63,392 bases of DNA, filler included, from Octopus bimaculoides (GCF_001194135.2; 3 parts of 3 records of this genome joined end to end with filler, not necessarily neighbours in it); one strand, 5' to 3'; shown: positions 1 through 13,849, numbered from the whole stretch's first letter. Numbers and translations are program-made. Notes: generated by a model from the letters alone, not told the origin.

Positions 1-799
1 TATATATATTTAAATATATTTTATCATCAAAGAATGTATATATGCATTTTAATACGCAAACTGTTTTTTAACATTTTTTATTATTCTCAAAGACTTTTGA
101 TAATCTTTTTCTAAAAAAGTGAAACCGGTTAAGTAAATAAATATTTTAAAAATAAGTGCATTTTCAAACCTTCTTTCATATATATATATATATATATATA
201 CGACGAGCTCCTTTGATTTTCAGTTTCTGTCTACCAAATCCACTCACAAAGCTCTGGTCGGCCCGAGGCTATAGTAGAAGACACTTGCCCAAGGTGCCAC
301 GCACTGGGACTGTACCCGGGACCATGTGGTTCGTAAGCAAGCTACTTACAGCCACTCCGTTACACACAGTCACTCCGTTTCCACATTTGCATAAGAGCCA
401 AACATTTTTCAGCGAAACTCATTTCTAATTAGTTTCAACGAATGCGACACTAGCGCTAACAAACAATTATCCAAAATTCTGTCTACCACCATACGGATGC
501 CCATAATGGACCACACATGGAACTGCTCTGATGTTTTTGGTAGATCTTCATTCGTGTGCCTGCGTTCTTCCGAAAATTCTGCCAAGTTATCTTTGAATTG
601 TTTGAGTCATGAGACTGCAGCCATGCTGAGGCACCGCCTTGAATCGAATGAATCGACTCTGGTGCTCATGTTAAAACTTGGGACTAAATTCTGGCGGCCG
701 CTTATGCCGAAGCATAAGTTACGGGGATATAAACACACCAGAACCGGTTGTCAGGCGGTGGTGGTGGGAGAGACACGGACTCAAAGACACACACTCACA

Positions 800-876
<77 letters not shown>

Positions 877-1770
877 NNNNNNNNNNNNNNNNNNNNNNNN
901 NNNNNNNNNNNNNNNNNNNNNNNNNNNNNNNNNNNNNNNNNNNNNNNNNNNNNNNNNNNNNNNNNNNNNNNNNNNNNNNNNNNNNNNNNNNNNNNNNNNN
1001 NNNNNNNNNNNNNNNNNNNNNNNNNNNNNNNNNNNNNNNNNNNNNNNNNNNNNNNNNNNNNNNNNNNNNNNNNNNNNNNNNNNNNNNNNNNNNNNNNNNN
1101 NNNNNNNNNNNNNNNNNNNNNNNNNNNNNNNNNNNNNNNNNNNNNNNNNNNNNNNNNNNNNNNNNNNNNNNNNNNNNNNNNNNNNNNNNNNNNNNNNNNN
1201 NNNNNNNNNNNNNNNNNNNNNNNNNNNNNNNNNNNNNNNNNNNNNNNNNNNNNNNNNNNNNNNNNNNNNNNNNNNNNNNNNNNNNNNNNNNNNNNNNNNN
1301 NNNNNNNNNNNNNNNNNNNNNNNNNNNNNNNNNNNNNNNNNNNNNNNNNNNNNNNNNNNNNNNNNNNNNNNNNNNNNNNNNNNNNNNNNNNNNNNNNNNN
1401 NNNNNNNNNNNNNNNNNNNNNNNNNNNNNNNNNNNNNNNNNNNNNNNNNNNNNNNNNNNNNNNNNNNNNNNNNNNNNNNNNNNNNNNNNNNNNNNNNNNN
1501 NNNNNNNNNNNNNNNNNNNNNNNNNNNNNNNNNNNNNNNNNNNNNNNNNNNNNNNNNNNNNNNNNNNNNNNNNNNNNNNNNNNNNNNNNNNNNNNNNNNN
1601 NNNNNNNNNNNNNNNNNNNNNNNNNNNNNNNNNNNNNNNNNNNNNNNNNNNNNNNNNNNNNNNNNNNNNNNNNNNNNNNNNNNNNNNNNNNNNNNNNNNN
1701 NNNNNNNNNNNNNNNNNNNNNNNNNNNNNNNNNNNNNNNNNNNNNNNNNNNNNNNNNNNNNNNNNNNNNN

Positions 1771-1804
<34 letters not shown>

Positions 1805-3752
1805 TTATGTAAACACATACGTACTCATGCATGCGTGTGTGTGTGTGTGTGTGTATGTGTGTGTGGTTTTAGTTCGTGATTGTTTGTGATTGTTTCAATA
1901 TATGTTGTTGATTTACAGACCAGAACTATCCTTGTTCTGGAATTTCCTGTTTGCTAACTTCCTGTTTCTGTAATAAACAACGTGTTGATTGTTATCAGTC
2001 GTATCTTGTTGCCAACAGTGTCCTGTCTGTGAAGTGTCTTACATATATCTGTGGATCTAATCAGTCAAACAGATAGTAACACAACCTCCTCCTCCTCCTC
2101 CTCTTCTCTCCCATTCCCTCTTTCATATGTTTACAGTTCATAGTCTTAGCGTTTTGCTAACTAAACTTGATGGTTTAATACAGAAAAGAGACTACACCAT
2201 TGGCAAACGGAAAATAACACTCTGATTATATTCACATAAAAATCTAACTGCAATTAATCCTTCGTGGGCCGGTGGGGTTGGAATTACACAAAAAGCCATT
2301 GGGTTCCTGAGGGAAGCCCTTTTTATTTTTGAGCATTTCCGCACTGTCCATAAAGTAACATTTGTTTAATCTTGTAAATATATGTGTGTGGGTGTATCTT
2401 GTAAATATATGTGCATGATACAGAACAAGAAATTTAGCACTTTATAGGTATATATTTGTAATTATTAGCGTTTAATGGAGGGGAATTGAAATATAATTTA
2501 TTGACTGAAAAAAAACCTTTATTGAAAGAAGTCAAGATTTTTTTATAGTTTTATAAAGTATACATATAACACTAAATATAAAATAAAACAAAATTATTCA
2601 GTATATCGATTCATACCAGTACAAATACGAAGAAAATTGATTTACAGTTCATCAGAATATCTGAGAAAAGAACAGGAAAAAAATTTCACAGGAGGCCAGT
2701 GGGGTCCAATTGGATCCCTATGACCATATTTATGCTGTAATATCCATATGAATAGAAATTTTAAACTCAAAATTTGTATGTGCATACATAAACTATTGAC
2801 AATAAAAGTCAGGAGATATAAAATCATTCAGATAAAATAATGTCAAAGTTGCGTAACTTTCAAAATTTGCTAGGGTCCCAAGGAACTCCACCAGNNNNNN
2901 NNNNNNNNNNNNNNNNNNNNNNNNNNNNNNNNNNNNNNNNNNNNNNNNNNNNNNNNNNNNNNNNNNNNNNNNNNNNNNNNNNNNNNNNNNNNNNNNNNNN
3001 NNNNNNNNNNNNNNNNNNNNNNNNNNNNNNNNNNNNNNNNNNNNNNNNNNNNNNNNNNNNNNNNNNNNNNNNNNNNNNNNNNNNNNNNNNNNNNNNNNNN
3101 NNNNNNNNNNNNNNNNNNNNNNNNNNNNNNNNNNNNNNNNNNNNNNNNNNNNNNNNNNNNNNNNNNNNNNNNNNNNNNNNNNNNNNNNNNNNNNNNNNNN
3201 NNNNNNNNNNNNNNNNNNNNNNNNNNNNNNNNNNNNNNNNNNNNNNNNNNNNNNNNNNNNNNNNNNNNNNNNNNNNNNNNNNNNNNNNNNNNNNNNNNNN
3301 NNNNNNNNNNNNNNNNNNNNNNNNNNNNNNNNNNNNNNNNNNNNNNNNNNNNNNNNNNNNNNNNNNNNNNNNNNNNNNNNNNNNNNNNNNNNNNNNNNNN
3401 NNNNNNNNNNNNNNNNNNNNNNNNNNNNNNNNNNNNNNNNNNNNNNNNNNNNNNNNNNNNNNNGATTACCTTGAAACTAGTCGTCAACTAGTACTTATTT
3501 TATCGACCGCAAAAAAATGAAATCTAACGATTTCTGCCTACTCGCTGCCGTATAACTTTTAATAACAATGATTTCAAATTTTGGCACAAGACCAGCAATA
3601 TGGGGGGAAGTGTGGAAGTCGATTGCATCGACCCCAGTGATTAACTGGTGATTATTTTATCAAGCTCGAAAGGATGAAAGGCAAAGTCAACCTCGGCGTA
3701 ATTTGAACTCAGAACGTAGACTGACGAAATTCCGCTGAGCACTTTGCCCGGA

Positions 3753-4286
3753 GGCGAAATTCTTTTTTCACGCGAGTTCCGGGCCCCAGTAATGAATTTA
3801 TTTGCATACAGCCAATCAGAGCTCACCTTGACTCTGTTGTCAAGTTAACAAACACACTCTACCAAGTAAACTCAAGACGAAGGACGGTGTTGTAAGTCAA
3901 CCGATCGTCAACTTAGGCCTGATTTTAGAAGGAGACAAGTAATTAGATAGATTTGCATCTATACCAATAATCGGATTTTGTTAGGGCCCCACATGGTAAA
4001 GATGTGGATGGGAAAAATATGGGTAGAAGGTGATGTTCTAGTAACCTTCTCTCTTTACTGTTTTACAAAGTAAACAACAACACGAATAACTACGCAGAGG
4101 CAGCTATGATTGAAACAAGAACAAGAACAACAGAAGCATGGTCATTCCTTAGTCCTTACCCAAGTGACCTTATCTTATCGCTGATCACTTATGCACTCAT
4201 AGATTAGTTTGACTGTTGAGCTCTGATTGGCTGTAAGCAAATGAGTTCATAACTGGAGTCCGGAACTCGCATGGGGAACTTTCGCC
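3753..4286. mobile_element. MITE-like insertion with about 70-bp imperfect TIRs, inside a SINE
   Basis: 3753-3825 matches the reverse complement of 4217-4286 (gcgagttccgg..ccagt.atgaa.t.atttgc.tacagccaatcagagctca); the flanking SINE halves rejoin across it. Confidence 0.75.
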
Positions 4287-4989
4287 GGGCGCCGTAACGT
4301 CTCTGCCAGCTCGCCGTGTTATCTCTTCTGATAATAGCAGAAAAGAAAACCTAGATGAGACAGTAACGCTTCAGAGACACAATGATGTGAAATACTGCAC
4401 AAACCAGAAATGCGGAAAGTCAAACTAAATGCTGAAATGCATTTCCCTATTATAGTCAACCGCTTCTTTCCATCTACCAAATGAATCCATGATGTAATAC
4501 GGTTATGCGCAACACTCTGTTTAATAACATGAGTTGAGTGGGTTCAGAAGCATTATGCACAATAAAGACGTTTTGATCACGGTAAGATCCATTGCATATG
4601 TGTCACAAAACTTCGCTTCTCCTACGAAATCATAATCTTTAATTTTTCTTTACTTGTTTCAAACATTGGAATGCAGCCCTGTTGGACCACACTGCCTTGA
4701 AGGGTTTTAGTTGAAGAAATCACCCTCCGTTCTGGAAATTCAAAGTCTGGTGCTTATGCTATCGGACTGTATTATCAAACTGCTAGGTTAAGGGAACATA
4801 AGCAAAATGCCGTTGTAAAGCAGAGGGGGTGGCGTGAGGAACGAAATGCAAAAGTGCGCGCGCGCGCGAACACACACACACATTCACAACTGACTTACAT
4901 CCAGACGTTATTCTTTATTAAAACCGGGGGCTTATTCTTTATTCTTTATTCGGTCTTTTTGTTTAAACGCCATATTAGAGGCAGGCAGA

Positions 4990-5423
4990 CAAACCAGTAT
5001 CAGTTGTCAAACAGGAAATGAAGGGACGAACACAGACACAAAGACACACATGCGCACACAAACACACACAAACACACACACACACACACAGAGAAGACAA
5101 CACAACACATATACACCGCAACACAACACCCGCACACACACAACAGAAAACACACCCAATAAAATACAAAGCACACTTATACACACACACCACAACACAG
5201 CACACACAACACACACAACACAACACACACAAAACAGAACAACACACGCACAACAGCGCACACACAACAACACACACACACAACAACACACACAACAAAC
5301 ACACACACACAAAACAACATACAACACACGCACGACACAACACACAACACACAAACACAACAGAACAGAACACAACTCATACAAACTCAACACACACACA
5401 CACACACACATAAACACACACAC

Positions 5424-5454
<31 letters not shown>

Positions 5455-5460
5455 AACATT
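4990..5460. repeat. degenerate (CA)/(CAA) microsatellite
   Basis: Low complexity; produces the spurious Thr/His- and Cys/Val-rich ORFs. Confidence 0.9.
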
Positions 5461-6028
5461 TATATCTGACGGACTTTCATGAAATTTTCGCTTCCCAAAT
5501 TCACTTATGAGGCATTGGTTCGGCCAAGAATAAATAAAAACATGCTTACGTCAAGATCCTCGTCGTGGTACTGAAAGAGGCATCACATGCTTGCAAAGCG
5601 AGTTTCTTAACCACACAGCCACGATATTGATTTTAAAACAAGAAGAAAGACAAAAAAAAAAACCCCACCAGATTGTGCATTTACCATTTGCTCAGAATTT
5701 CTAGGAAGTCTTTTCATTCTGCATGTACCTAAGCCATAGTAAATAGGAGAGTAAGGAGAGCTTAATGGCGTTGAGAGCATTCATGGCGGCAGTTATGAAC
5801 TGGCAACTAAAGATAGTTTTAGTTGATAGATAGACAGATAGGATGATAGAAATTTTGATAATTGTATAGATTGCAGAGCTACAGAAAAGGGCGCAGAGAT
5901 GTTATCGGAATGTAATTGGTACCTTCCATTATGTGTGTGATGTTTGTGCGCACACATGAGTATGTGTAGATATATGCATAGCTACACATACGCATACCTG
6001 TGTAAATTTATATGCAGCTATGTGTGTG

Positions 6029-6073
<45 letters not shown>

Positions 6074-7522
6074 GTGGTAACTGGATAAATTACTGAGATC
6101 AATACACAAGTATATATATGCATACACGCACACAGAAGAATTGTGTGTGCGTATATATATATATATATATATACCAAGAGTGATCACATGAATGTGTATG
6201 TATGTATGTGTATGTATATAATACATATACATATATATATAGAGAGAGAGAGAGGAAGAGATAAATACCGAGAGTGATCAAACGTTGGTTTATGTATATA
6301 TGTATATATATATATATTTGTATACATATATGTATATATATGTATATATATATGTAAATATATTTGTATGTATATAGGTATGTATATATATATATATATA
6401 TATNNNNNNNNNNNNNNNNNNNNNNNNNNNNNNNNNNNNNNNNNNNNNNNNNNNNNNNNNNNNNNNNNNNNNNNNNNNNNNNNNNNNNNNNNNNNNNNNN
6501 NNNNNNNNNNNNNNNNNNNNNNNNNNNNNNNNNNNNNNNNNNNNNNNNNNNNNNNNNNNNNNNNNNNNNNNNNNNNNNNNNNNNNNNNNNNNNNNNNNNN
6601 NNNNNNNNNNNNNNNNNNNNNNTATATATATAGATAGATAGATAGATATATAGATATATGCGTGTGTGTTTGTATATAAAAATAGTACACGTATAGTGAA
6701 AGATTGATAGATAAGTATAAGAAAGAAAGATGAACAGAGATAGAGGGTGCGAGAGGGAGAGAGAGAAAACGGGTGGTGGGGGAGGGCAGACAGGCAGGCA
6801 GGCAGACAGAGACAAAGATTTCAGTATCGCTGTGGATAAGAAGGAAGTGAAGAAGTTTCCGAAGGTTTCAAAGATAATGACCCTCGTTCTATCAGCCATC
6901 AAAGAAACGTGAGCAAGAGAGGAGAGATAAATATCACAATAGATATAAATCAAGAGAAGGTTTTTATATACGGCAATGGAGAGTTTCTTTAGTATTTTCG
7001 ATTCACACACAACGATAAGACATCATTGATAAAAGAAGTGAGTGGTCGACCAGGCGAGAGAGAGAGAGAGACAGACAGAGAGACAAACAGAGACAGAGAG
7101 AGAAAGAGGGAGAGACAGAAGGCGAAAGATAGTGACAGAGAGGGGGGGGGGTAAAAAAGAGGGAAGAAGAGAAAGAAATTGAGTGTCTTTTTCAGAAGAG
7201 ATATATTGACAAAATGACGGCGAAGTTTGGCGGAAAGAGTTGAACTTAGTTTTGTGATGAGATGAAGGAAGACGTTGAAGTAGGTGCTGTCGGTAGCGAC
7301 AGCGGTAGTGGTGGTGGTGGTGGTGGGAGTTGAAATAAGTAAGATGAAGGCAGCTGGTAGAGAAGAATGGACGATATATGCTAATTTGTTTTAGTAAATG
7401 TATTTTTTTACTTATTTATCGGTGCAGCTTTATTATAAAACAAATAATGGAGAACGAATAACAGCATTATAACAATACTACCGTACTTAGTATTACTATA
7501 ACAAGTGCTGCTGCTGCTGCTG

Positions 7523-7561
<39 letters not shown>

Positions 7562-8006
7562 TAAATAAATAATTGTACTGTCTTTGTCGTGAATGGCGAT
7601 GAGTAGACTTCGACCACCCTAGCTGCTTGATTGATTGACTTAACAATTAACGAAACAGTAGATCGATTGGTTAAGTAGTTAATGGGATAGATAAATGAAA
7701 ATATAAAGAAGGGAAATAGGACCAGTGCGCGCGCGCGCGTGTTTGTGTGTGTGTGTGTGCTATTCTCGTATTCACCTTCCCGAAGTACAAAAAATTCTCT
7801 TTCAGGGAACAGACAACGGTTCGCCGTGTGCTGGATCGTGGCAAAGCAATCATCTCGTTTCTGGCTTCGGGAATGGAAAACCGTTGATTCTGGAACTGGC
7901 AATCTCTTCTAATAATCCTCTTTGCTATCGGCACCAGGCCTGAAATTTTGCTAGTCGATTACATTGATCTCACTACTCGGCTGGTACTTTATTTTATCGA
8001 CCTCCG

Positions 8007-8725
8007 GGATCTATTTTAAAACGGGGGCGCCAGTTTTCATTTATGTTTTATGTAGTGTTTTTGGTACGGAAAGACTTTCAAACTTCGAATACTTATCTAT
8101 TTTGTGTTATAGAACAGAAAGATATTTTTGTATTCGAATTTATTTCATGTAAAAAATTGTCTTATTTCGATAATTTCTACTAATCACTGACGTCTATTCA
8201 GTTGAAAACAGTTAGCGCTGTAACGGTGTATATCGTATTAATCCCCTAACCTTAATACTAACCCTAACTAGACTGTTAACCGTAACCGTAACCCTAACCC
8301 TAACCCTAACCCTAAAACNNNNNNNNNNNNNNNNNNNNNNNNNNNNNNNNNNNNNNNNNNNNNNNNNNNNNNNNNNNNNNNNNNNNNNNNNNNNNNNNNN
8401 NNNNNNNNNNNNNNNNATTTATTATATAAACAATATATGCGTATAAATTACGATTAAACCGGATGAAATATGTCACAGGGAATAACATTTTTATGACCGC
8501 CCAGCAGTAAACTCTATTCAGCTGAATAGACGTCAGTGATTGGTTGAAATTACAGAAATACGACAACTTTTACATGGAATAACTTGCGAATTCCTTTATT
8601 TTTGTTAAGAAGACTAAGAGTAAAAGATGTTTTATATGACACATTCTACCAGTGTCCCAAGTTTCAAAGTGTTTCGTTAGTGTTTCGTTAAGAAAATACT
8701 GGCGCCCCCGTTTTAAAATAGATCC
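8007..8725. mobile_element. MITE with perfect 28-bp TIRs and internal telomere-like repeats
   Basis: GGATCTATTTTAAAACGGGGGCGCCAGT (8007-8034) and its exact reverse complement (8698-8725); inner inverted match aatcactgacgtctattcag; (TAACCC)n at about 8255-8315; interrupts a SINE. Confidence 0.85.
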
Positions 8726-8849
8726 GACCTAAGAAATGGATGAAATGCAAAGTCAATCTCAGCGGGATTTGAATTCAGAAAGTAAAGCCGGACGAAATGC
8801 TGCTACGCATTTTGTTGGGTTTGGTAACGATTTTGCCAGTCCACCGCCT

Positions 8850-9238
8850 TCGTCTCTTCTCTTTACTTGTTTCAGTCATTTGATTGCGGCCGGCCATGCT
8901 GGAGCACCGCCTTTAGTCGAGCAAATCGACTCCAGGACTTATTCTTTGGAAGCCTAGTACTTATTCTATCGGTCTCTTTTGCCAAACCCCTAAGTTACAG
9001 GGACGTAAACACACCAGCATCGGTTGTTAAGCGATGTTGGGGGGACAAACACAGACATACAAACATATACACACATACATATATATATATATACATATAT
9101 ACGACGGGCTTCTTTCAGTTTCCACTCACAAGTCTTTAGTCAGCCCGAGGCTATAGTAGAAGACACTTACCAAGGTGCCACGCATTGGGAATCAACCCGG
9201 AACCATGTGGTTGGTAAGCAAGCTACTTACCACACATC
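8850..9238 (-). mobile_element. dominant CORE-type SINE copy
   Basis: Same family as 30268-30672. Confidence 0.85.
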
Positions 9239-9494
9239 ACAGCAATTTTGAAATGAGGGTACAAATCGATTAAACCGATCTTAGCACTTCACTGATAACT
9301 TATTTTCTCGACACCATAAGTAAGAAAAGCAAGGGTGGTATTGATTGATATATCGAGCTATATTATATTGATTAGCGTTCAGTCTCTCACCCTTGGTATC
9401 TCTCAGCAACAGCTGAATGTGTCCTAAGGCAGCGTTGTTAGAGAGAGTAGTGTCGTGACGGAGATATCCGTGAACAGGTTGCGACAGAAAAATC

Positions 9495-9838
9495 TCTTAC
9501 ATTTTATGTAACTGAAAGGCAATGAATGAGCACGGAGTTGTACCTAGAGTGTTCTCCTCCGACGCACAAGCCCGGCCAAGGTTGTTTGTGGAAAACCAGC
9601 AGCCGCTCCTATACACCAGCCTCCCTTCAGCACGCAACTGATGTTATGCAAGGGAAAGGCAAAGGGGCCGATACAGCTTGGCACCCGTGACGTCGCAACT
9701 CATTTCTACAGCTGAGTGAACTGGACCAACGTGAAGTAAGGTGTCTTGCTCAAGAATACAACACACAGCCCAGCCCGGAAGTCGAACTCACTGCCTTAGG
9801 CTTGTTAACCTGACGCTCTAACCACTGATCCATGCATC
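9495..9838 (-). mobile_element. another tRNA-derived CORE-like SINE
   Basis: Minus strand ggatcagtggttagagcg...gagttcgacttcc (A/B boxes), then gttgtattcttgagcaagacac (CORE-like). Confidence 0.6.
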
Positions 9839-10656
9839 TTCACATTGCCTAACTATCGCTGCCGTAAGAGTGAATTTAGTCCAATTGTAATCGCGTTAAA
9901 CATGAATCTAATTTTTAATCATTTTCTTTTATTTGGTTATTATTAGGATTTAGATCAATGGTTCTCAAATACCTTTCTTTCAATGGACCTCTTTCGTTAC
10001 TGTTTTATTCCGGTGGACATCCACAAGCCATTCAACGTTTTAAAAATTAGTTTTGTAAAGACGTCTTTCAAACTTCGTATTTTGTTTTTCTCACGTTCAC
10101 TCATGAAGGTTTTTAGCAGCCACTCACTGACTGAAAACATGTTGAACTCTGCCAGGGAACGAAACCTTGTTGCATCTTACATTAAATATATTTAAAGCAA
10201 AGTGGTTTTTATAAACCCTTCAAATACTACTGTGAACTCCCAAAACTCTTACACTATCTGATCAATAAGTATCCGGATGGTTGCCATAGTAGCGAAGCTA
10301 AAGGACGCAGATTAAAGCTGCTTGGCACAGATTGACCTTAAATATAGCCGNNNNNNNNNNNNNNNNNNNNNNNNNNNNNNNNNNNNNNNNNNNNNNNNNN
10401 NNNNNNNNNNNNNNNNNNNNNNNNNNNNNNNCTAAAGGACGCAGATTAAAGCTGCTTGGCACAGATTGACCTTAAATATAGCCGAGGATGCGTACTAAGT
10501 TTTAACGTTCTAGCTCACTTCCCCTGTTTAGAGTAATGCTCGGATGATTAAGCATTGTGGGTTATGTGTTGAAACGTTTGTAAAGAGTGGTGAATCATGA
10601 AGGTTTTGTTGCACCCTGTACAATACACGTTTAAGGCACTGGATCCAATGGTTAGA

Positions 10657-11263
10657 CCGTTGCACTCACGTTCTGATGCACTCACGATCCGTTCCATTCA
10701 CGATCCGTTACATTTACGATCTTCTGCACTCACGATCAGTTGCATTCACAATCCGTTGCACTCATGATCCGTCGCACTCCCGATCCATTGCACTCCCGAT
10801 CCGTTGCACTCATGATCCGTTGTACTCACGATCCGTTGAATTCACTATCCGTTGCACTCACGATCCGTTGTACTCACGATCCGTTGAATTCACGATCCGT
10901 TGCATTCATGATCCGTTGCACTCCCGATCCGTTGTACTCACTATCCGTTTCACTCACGATCCGTTGTACTCACGATCCGTTGAATTCCCGATCTGTTGCA
11001 TTCATGATCCGTTGCACTCACGAGCCGTTGAACTCACGATCCGTTGAACTCACGATCCGTTGCATTCACACTCCGTTGCACTCATGACCCGTCGCACTCC
11101 CGATCCGTTGCACTCACGACCCGTTGCACTCTCGATCCGTTGCACTCACGATCCGTTGAACTCACGATCCGTTGTACTCAGTGTCCGTTGCACTCACGAT
11201 CTGTTGAACTCACGATCCGTTGAACTCACAATCCGTTGCACTCACGATCCGTTGCACTCACGA
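10657..11263 (+). repeat. 16-bp tandem satellite (CACTCACGATCCGTTG)n, about 38 units
   Basis: Directly visible tandem periodicity with variants. Confidence 0.95.
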
Positions 11264-12198
11264 TTATGGTTTTATTTACTGGACAAGATCGTACGTTGTA
11301 TCCTTGAGCAAAACACTTCATTTCACATTGCTCTCATCCATTCAACTGTAAATGATTAACCCTGCAAGAGATTGGCGTCTTGTTAAGAAGATAATGTTGT
11401 GATCTCGGTTGCGTATACACCATGGAAACCGGGTAACTTCGGAAAACGTGTTTTTAAAACTTCTACAACACCAAGCACTACATTGTGTATAATGCACACA
11501 TTTTTGTCACTTTGCAAAAAAAAGTCAGTGTTAAAAATGCTTTATAATACAAAGTCTCAGCCTTCAATTTGGCTCTCATCCCTCTGTTACTAAAAAAAAA
11601 GAAATGAAAGCACAATTACGTCATAAATATTTTATATTAATTTTCTTTATCTATTTATTTAGACAGAAACGGTTAATAAAATATTATATAGTAATACTTT
11701 GGATTATAAGGAGATTAAACTACTAGATACTGGTAAAAAAGCGTGTACAATGCTGCATAATATACATGGTGTTTTAAATTTTATGACAATTAAGGCGTCT
11801 ATAAAATAGAAAATCGAGATATGCTTTATATAGAAAACAGTATATATATGTATATATATATATATTTATACAAATTTATGAATGTATGTATATATATATA
11901 TATTTATACAAATTTATGTATGTATGTATGTATGTATGTATGTATGTATGTATGTATATGTGTGTATGTGTATGTATGTGGGCTTTTTTCGGTAACTGGT
12001 TAAGTAGAGGTGAGAATGAAGTTCCGTTTCCAAGATTAGGATCAGCAAAGAGCTTATCGTATATCTCACTTATATTACATTAGTATATCCTATTGACTGT
12101 TGCATTTCTAATGTGCTTATTATCTGCAAATCAACACTGTGGTACCACCCATTGTTCTCATTATGCTAATCAATAAATAAAGTTTATTATTTAAATAT

Positions 12199-12237
<39 letters not shown>

Positions 12238-12394
12238 AGAGAGAGAGATAGAAGAAGATAGGATTTTGTAAATGCCAGATTGGAGAATGAGATAACAACT
12301 GGTATTTCATAGATGATGTGATACGATAAGATAATGGAGTTATAGTTTGCTGGGATAGTTGACCAAGGTGAAGGTGAAAGGCTCAGTCTGATGC

Positions 12395-12550
12395 TGCTGG
12401 TGCTGCTGCTGCTGTTGTTGTTATTGCTGTTGGTAAATACTGGTTGTTGTGACGATGATGATGATGATGACGATAATGTTGGTGGTGGTGGTGGTGGTGG
12501 TGGTGGTGGCGTTGACACTGATGATGTTGATAGAGATGTTCACGATGACA

Positions 12551-12585
<35 letters not shown>

Positions 12586-12719
12586 ATTGACGATTGATGG
12601 CGTTGATGATGAGGATGATAATAGCGATGGTGATAATGATGATGAAGGTGATGATGATGATGATGATGACGATGAAGATGGTGATGATGATGATGAAGGT
12701 GATGATGATGATGATGATG
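12395..12719. repeat. compound trinucleotide microsatellite (GCT/GGT/GAT)
   Basis: Visible triplet runs adjoining a gap. Confidence 0.9.
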
Positions 12720-13716
12720 NNNNNNNNNNNNNNNNNNNNNNNNNNNNNNNNNNNNNNNNNNNNNNNNNNNNNNNNNNNNNNNNNNNNNNNNNNNNNNNNN
12801 NNNNNNNNNNNNNNNNNNNNNNNNNNNNNNNNNNNNNNNNNNNNNNNNNNNNNNNNNNNNNNNNNNNNNNNNNNNNNNNNNNNNNNNNNNNNNNNNNNNN
12901 NNNNNNNNNNNNNNNNNNNNNNNNNNNNNNNNNNNNNNNNNNNNNNNNNNNNNNNNNNNNNNNNNNNNNNNNNNNNNNNNNNNNNNNNNNNNNNNNNNNN
13001 NNNNNNNNNNNNNNNNNNNNNNNNNNNNNNNNNNNNNNNNNNNNNNNNNNNNNNNNNNNNNNNNNNNNNNNNNNNNNNNNNNNNNNNNNNNNNNNNNNNN
13101 NNNNNNNNNNNNNNNNNNNNNNNNNNNNNNNNNNNNNNNNNNNNNNNNNNNNNNNNNNNNNNNNNNNNNNNNNNNNNNNNNNNNNNNNNNNNNNNNNNNN
13201 NNNNNNNNNNNNNNNNNNNNNNNNNNNNNNNNNNNNNNNNNNNNNNNNNNNNNNNNNNNNNNNNNNNNNNNNNNNNNNNNNNNNNNNNNNNNNNNNNNNN
13301 NNNNAGTTGTGGTGGTGTTGGTGGTGGTGTTGGTGTTGGTGTTGGTGGTGGTGGTGGACATGAGAATTTCCTACAGGGAGATAAACACATCAATTAGACA
13401 TTGTCAGTCAAAGCGTCAAGATCCACAGACACTTGCAGAAGATCAATAGGCTGCTGGGTTTTTTTTTTCAATTTCTTTGTTTATTTATTTATTGAGAACG
13501 ATCGAACTGGCTCTATACAGTATCACTTTGAGCGTGTCTGTCTGTATCTGTACGTGTGCGTGTGTGTGGATGTGTGTGTGAATGATATATATATATATAT
13601 ATGTGTNNNNNNNNNNNNNNTGTGTGTGAGTGTGTGTGTGTGTGTGAGTGTGTGTGTGTGTGTGTGTGCGGATATAAATACAGAAAGAGAAAACGTGGAT
13701 ATATATATATATAGAC

Positions 13717-13757
<41 letters not shown>

Positions 13758-13849
13758 TAAATAGATAGATAGATAGATAGATAGATAGATGTATATATAA
13801 GGCTAACATAATTTCTAATATTTTGCACTTACACACGCAAAGACACATG

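Noticed and set aside
415-605. Minus-strand frame containing MVVDRIL, reminiscent of nicotinic receptor M4
   Set aside because: The Trp spacing is wrong, polar residues sit in the supposed helix, and there is no splice context; likely chance.
497-1889. Long ORFs spanning N gaps and HTHT/CVCV/IYIY-rich ORFs here and throughout the window
   Set aside because: They are artefacts of N runs and dinucleotide microsatellites, with no protein signal.
6824-7943. Possible plus-strand exons at about 6824-6908 and 7805-7943, and similar candidates at 13377-13450 and 22892-22970
   Set aside because: Isolated splice-like signals with no recognisable protein and no consistent exon chain.
8255-8318. True telomere or chromosome fusion site
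   Set aside because: The tract is short and enclosed by the TIRs of a MITE.
10298-10484. 53-bp direct repeat across a gap (also about 33 bp at 34831-34906)
   Set aside because: Identical sequence on both sides of an N gap is most likely an unmerged contig overlap.
10657-11263. Possible CRISPR-like array
   Set aside because: Contiguous tandem 16-mers with no unique spacers, in a eukaryotic context.
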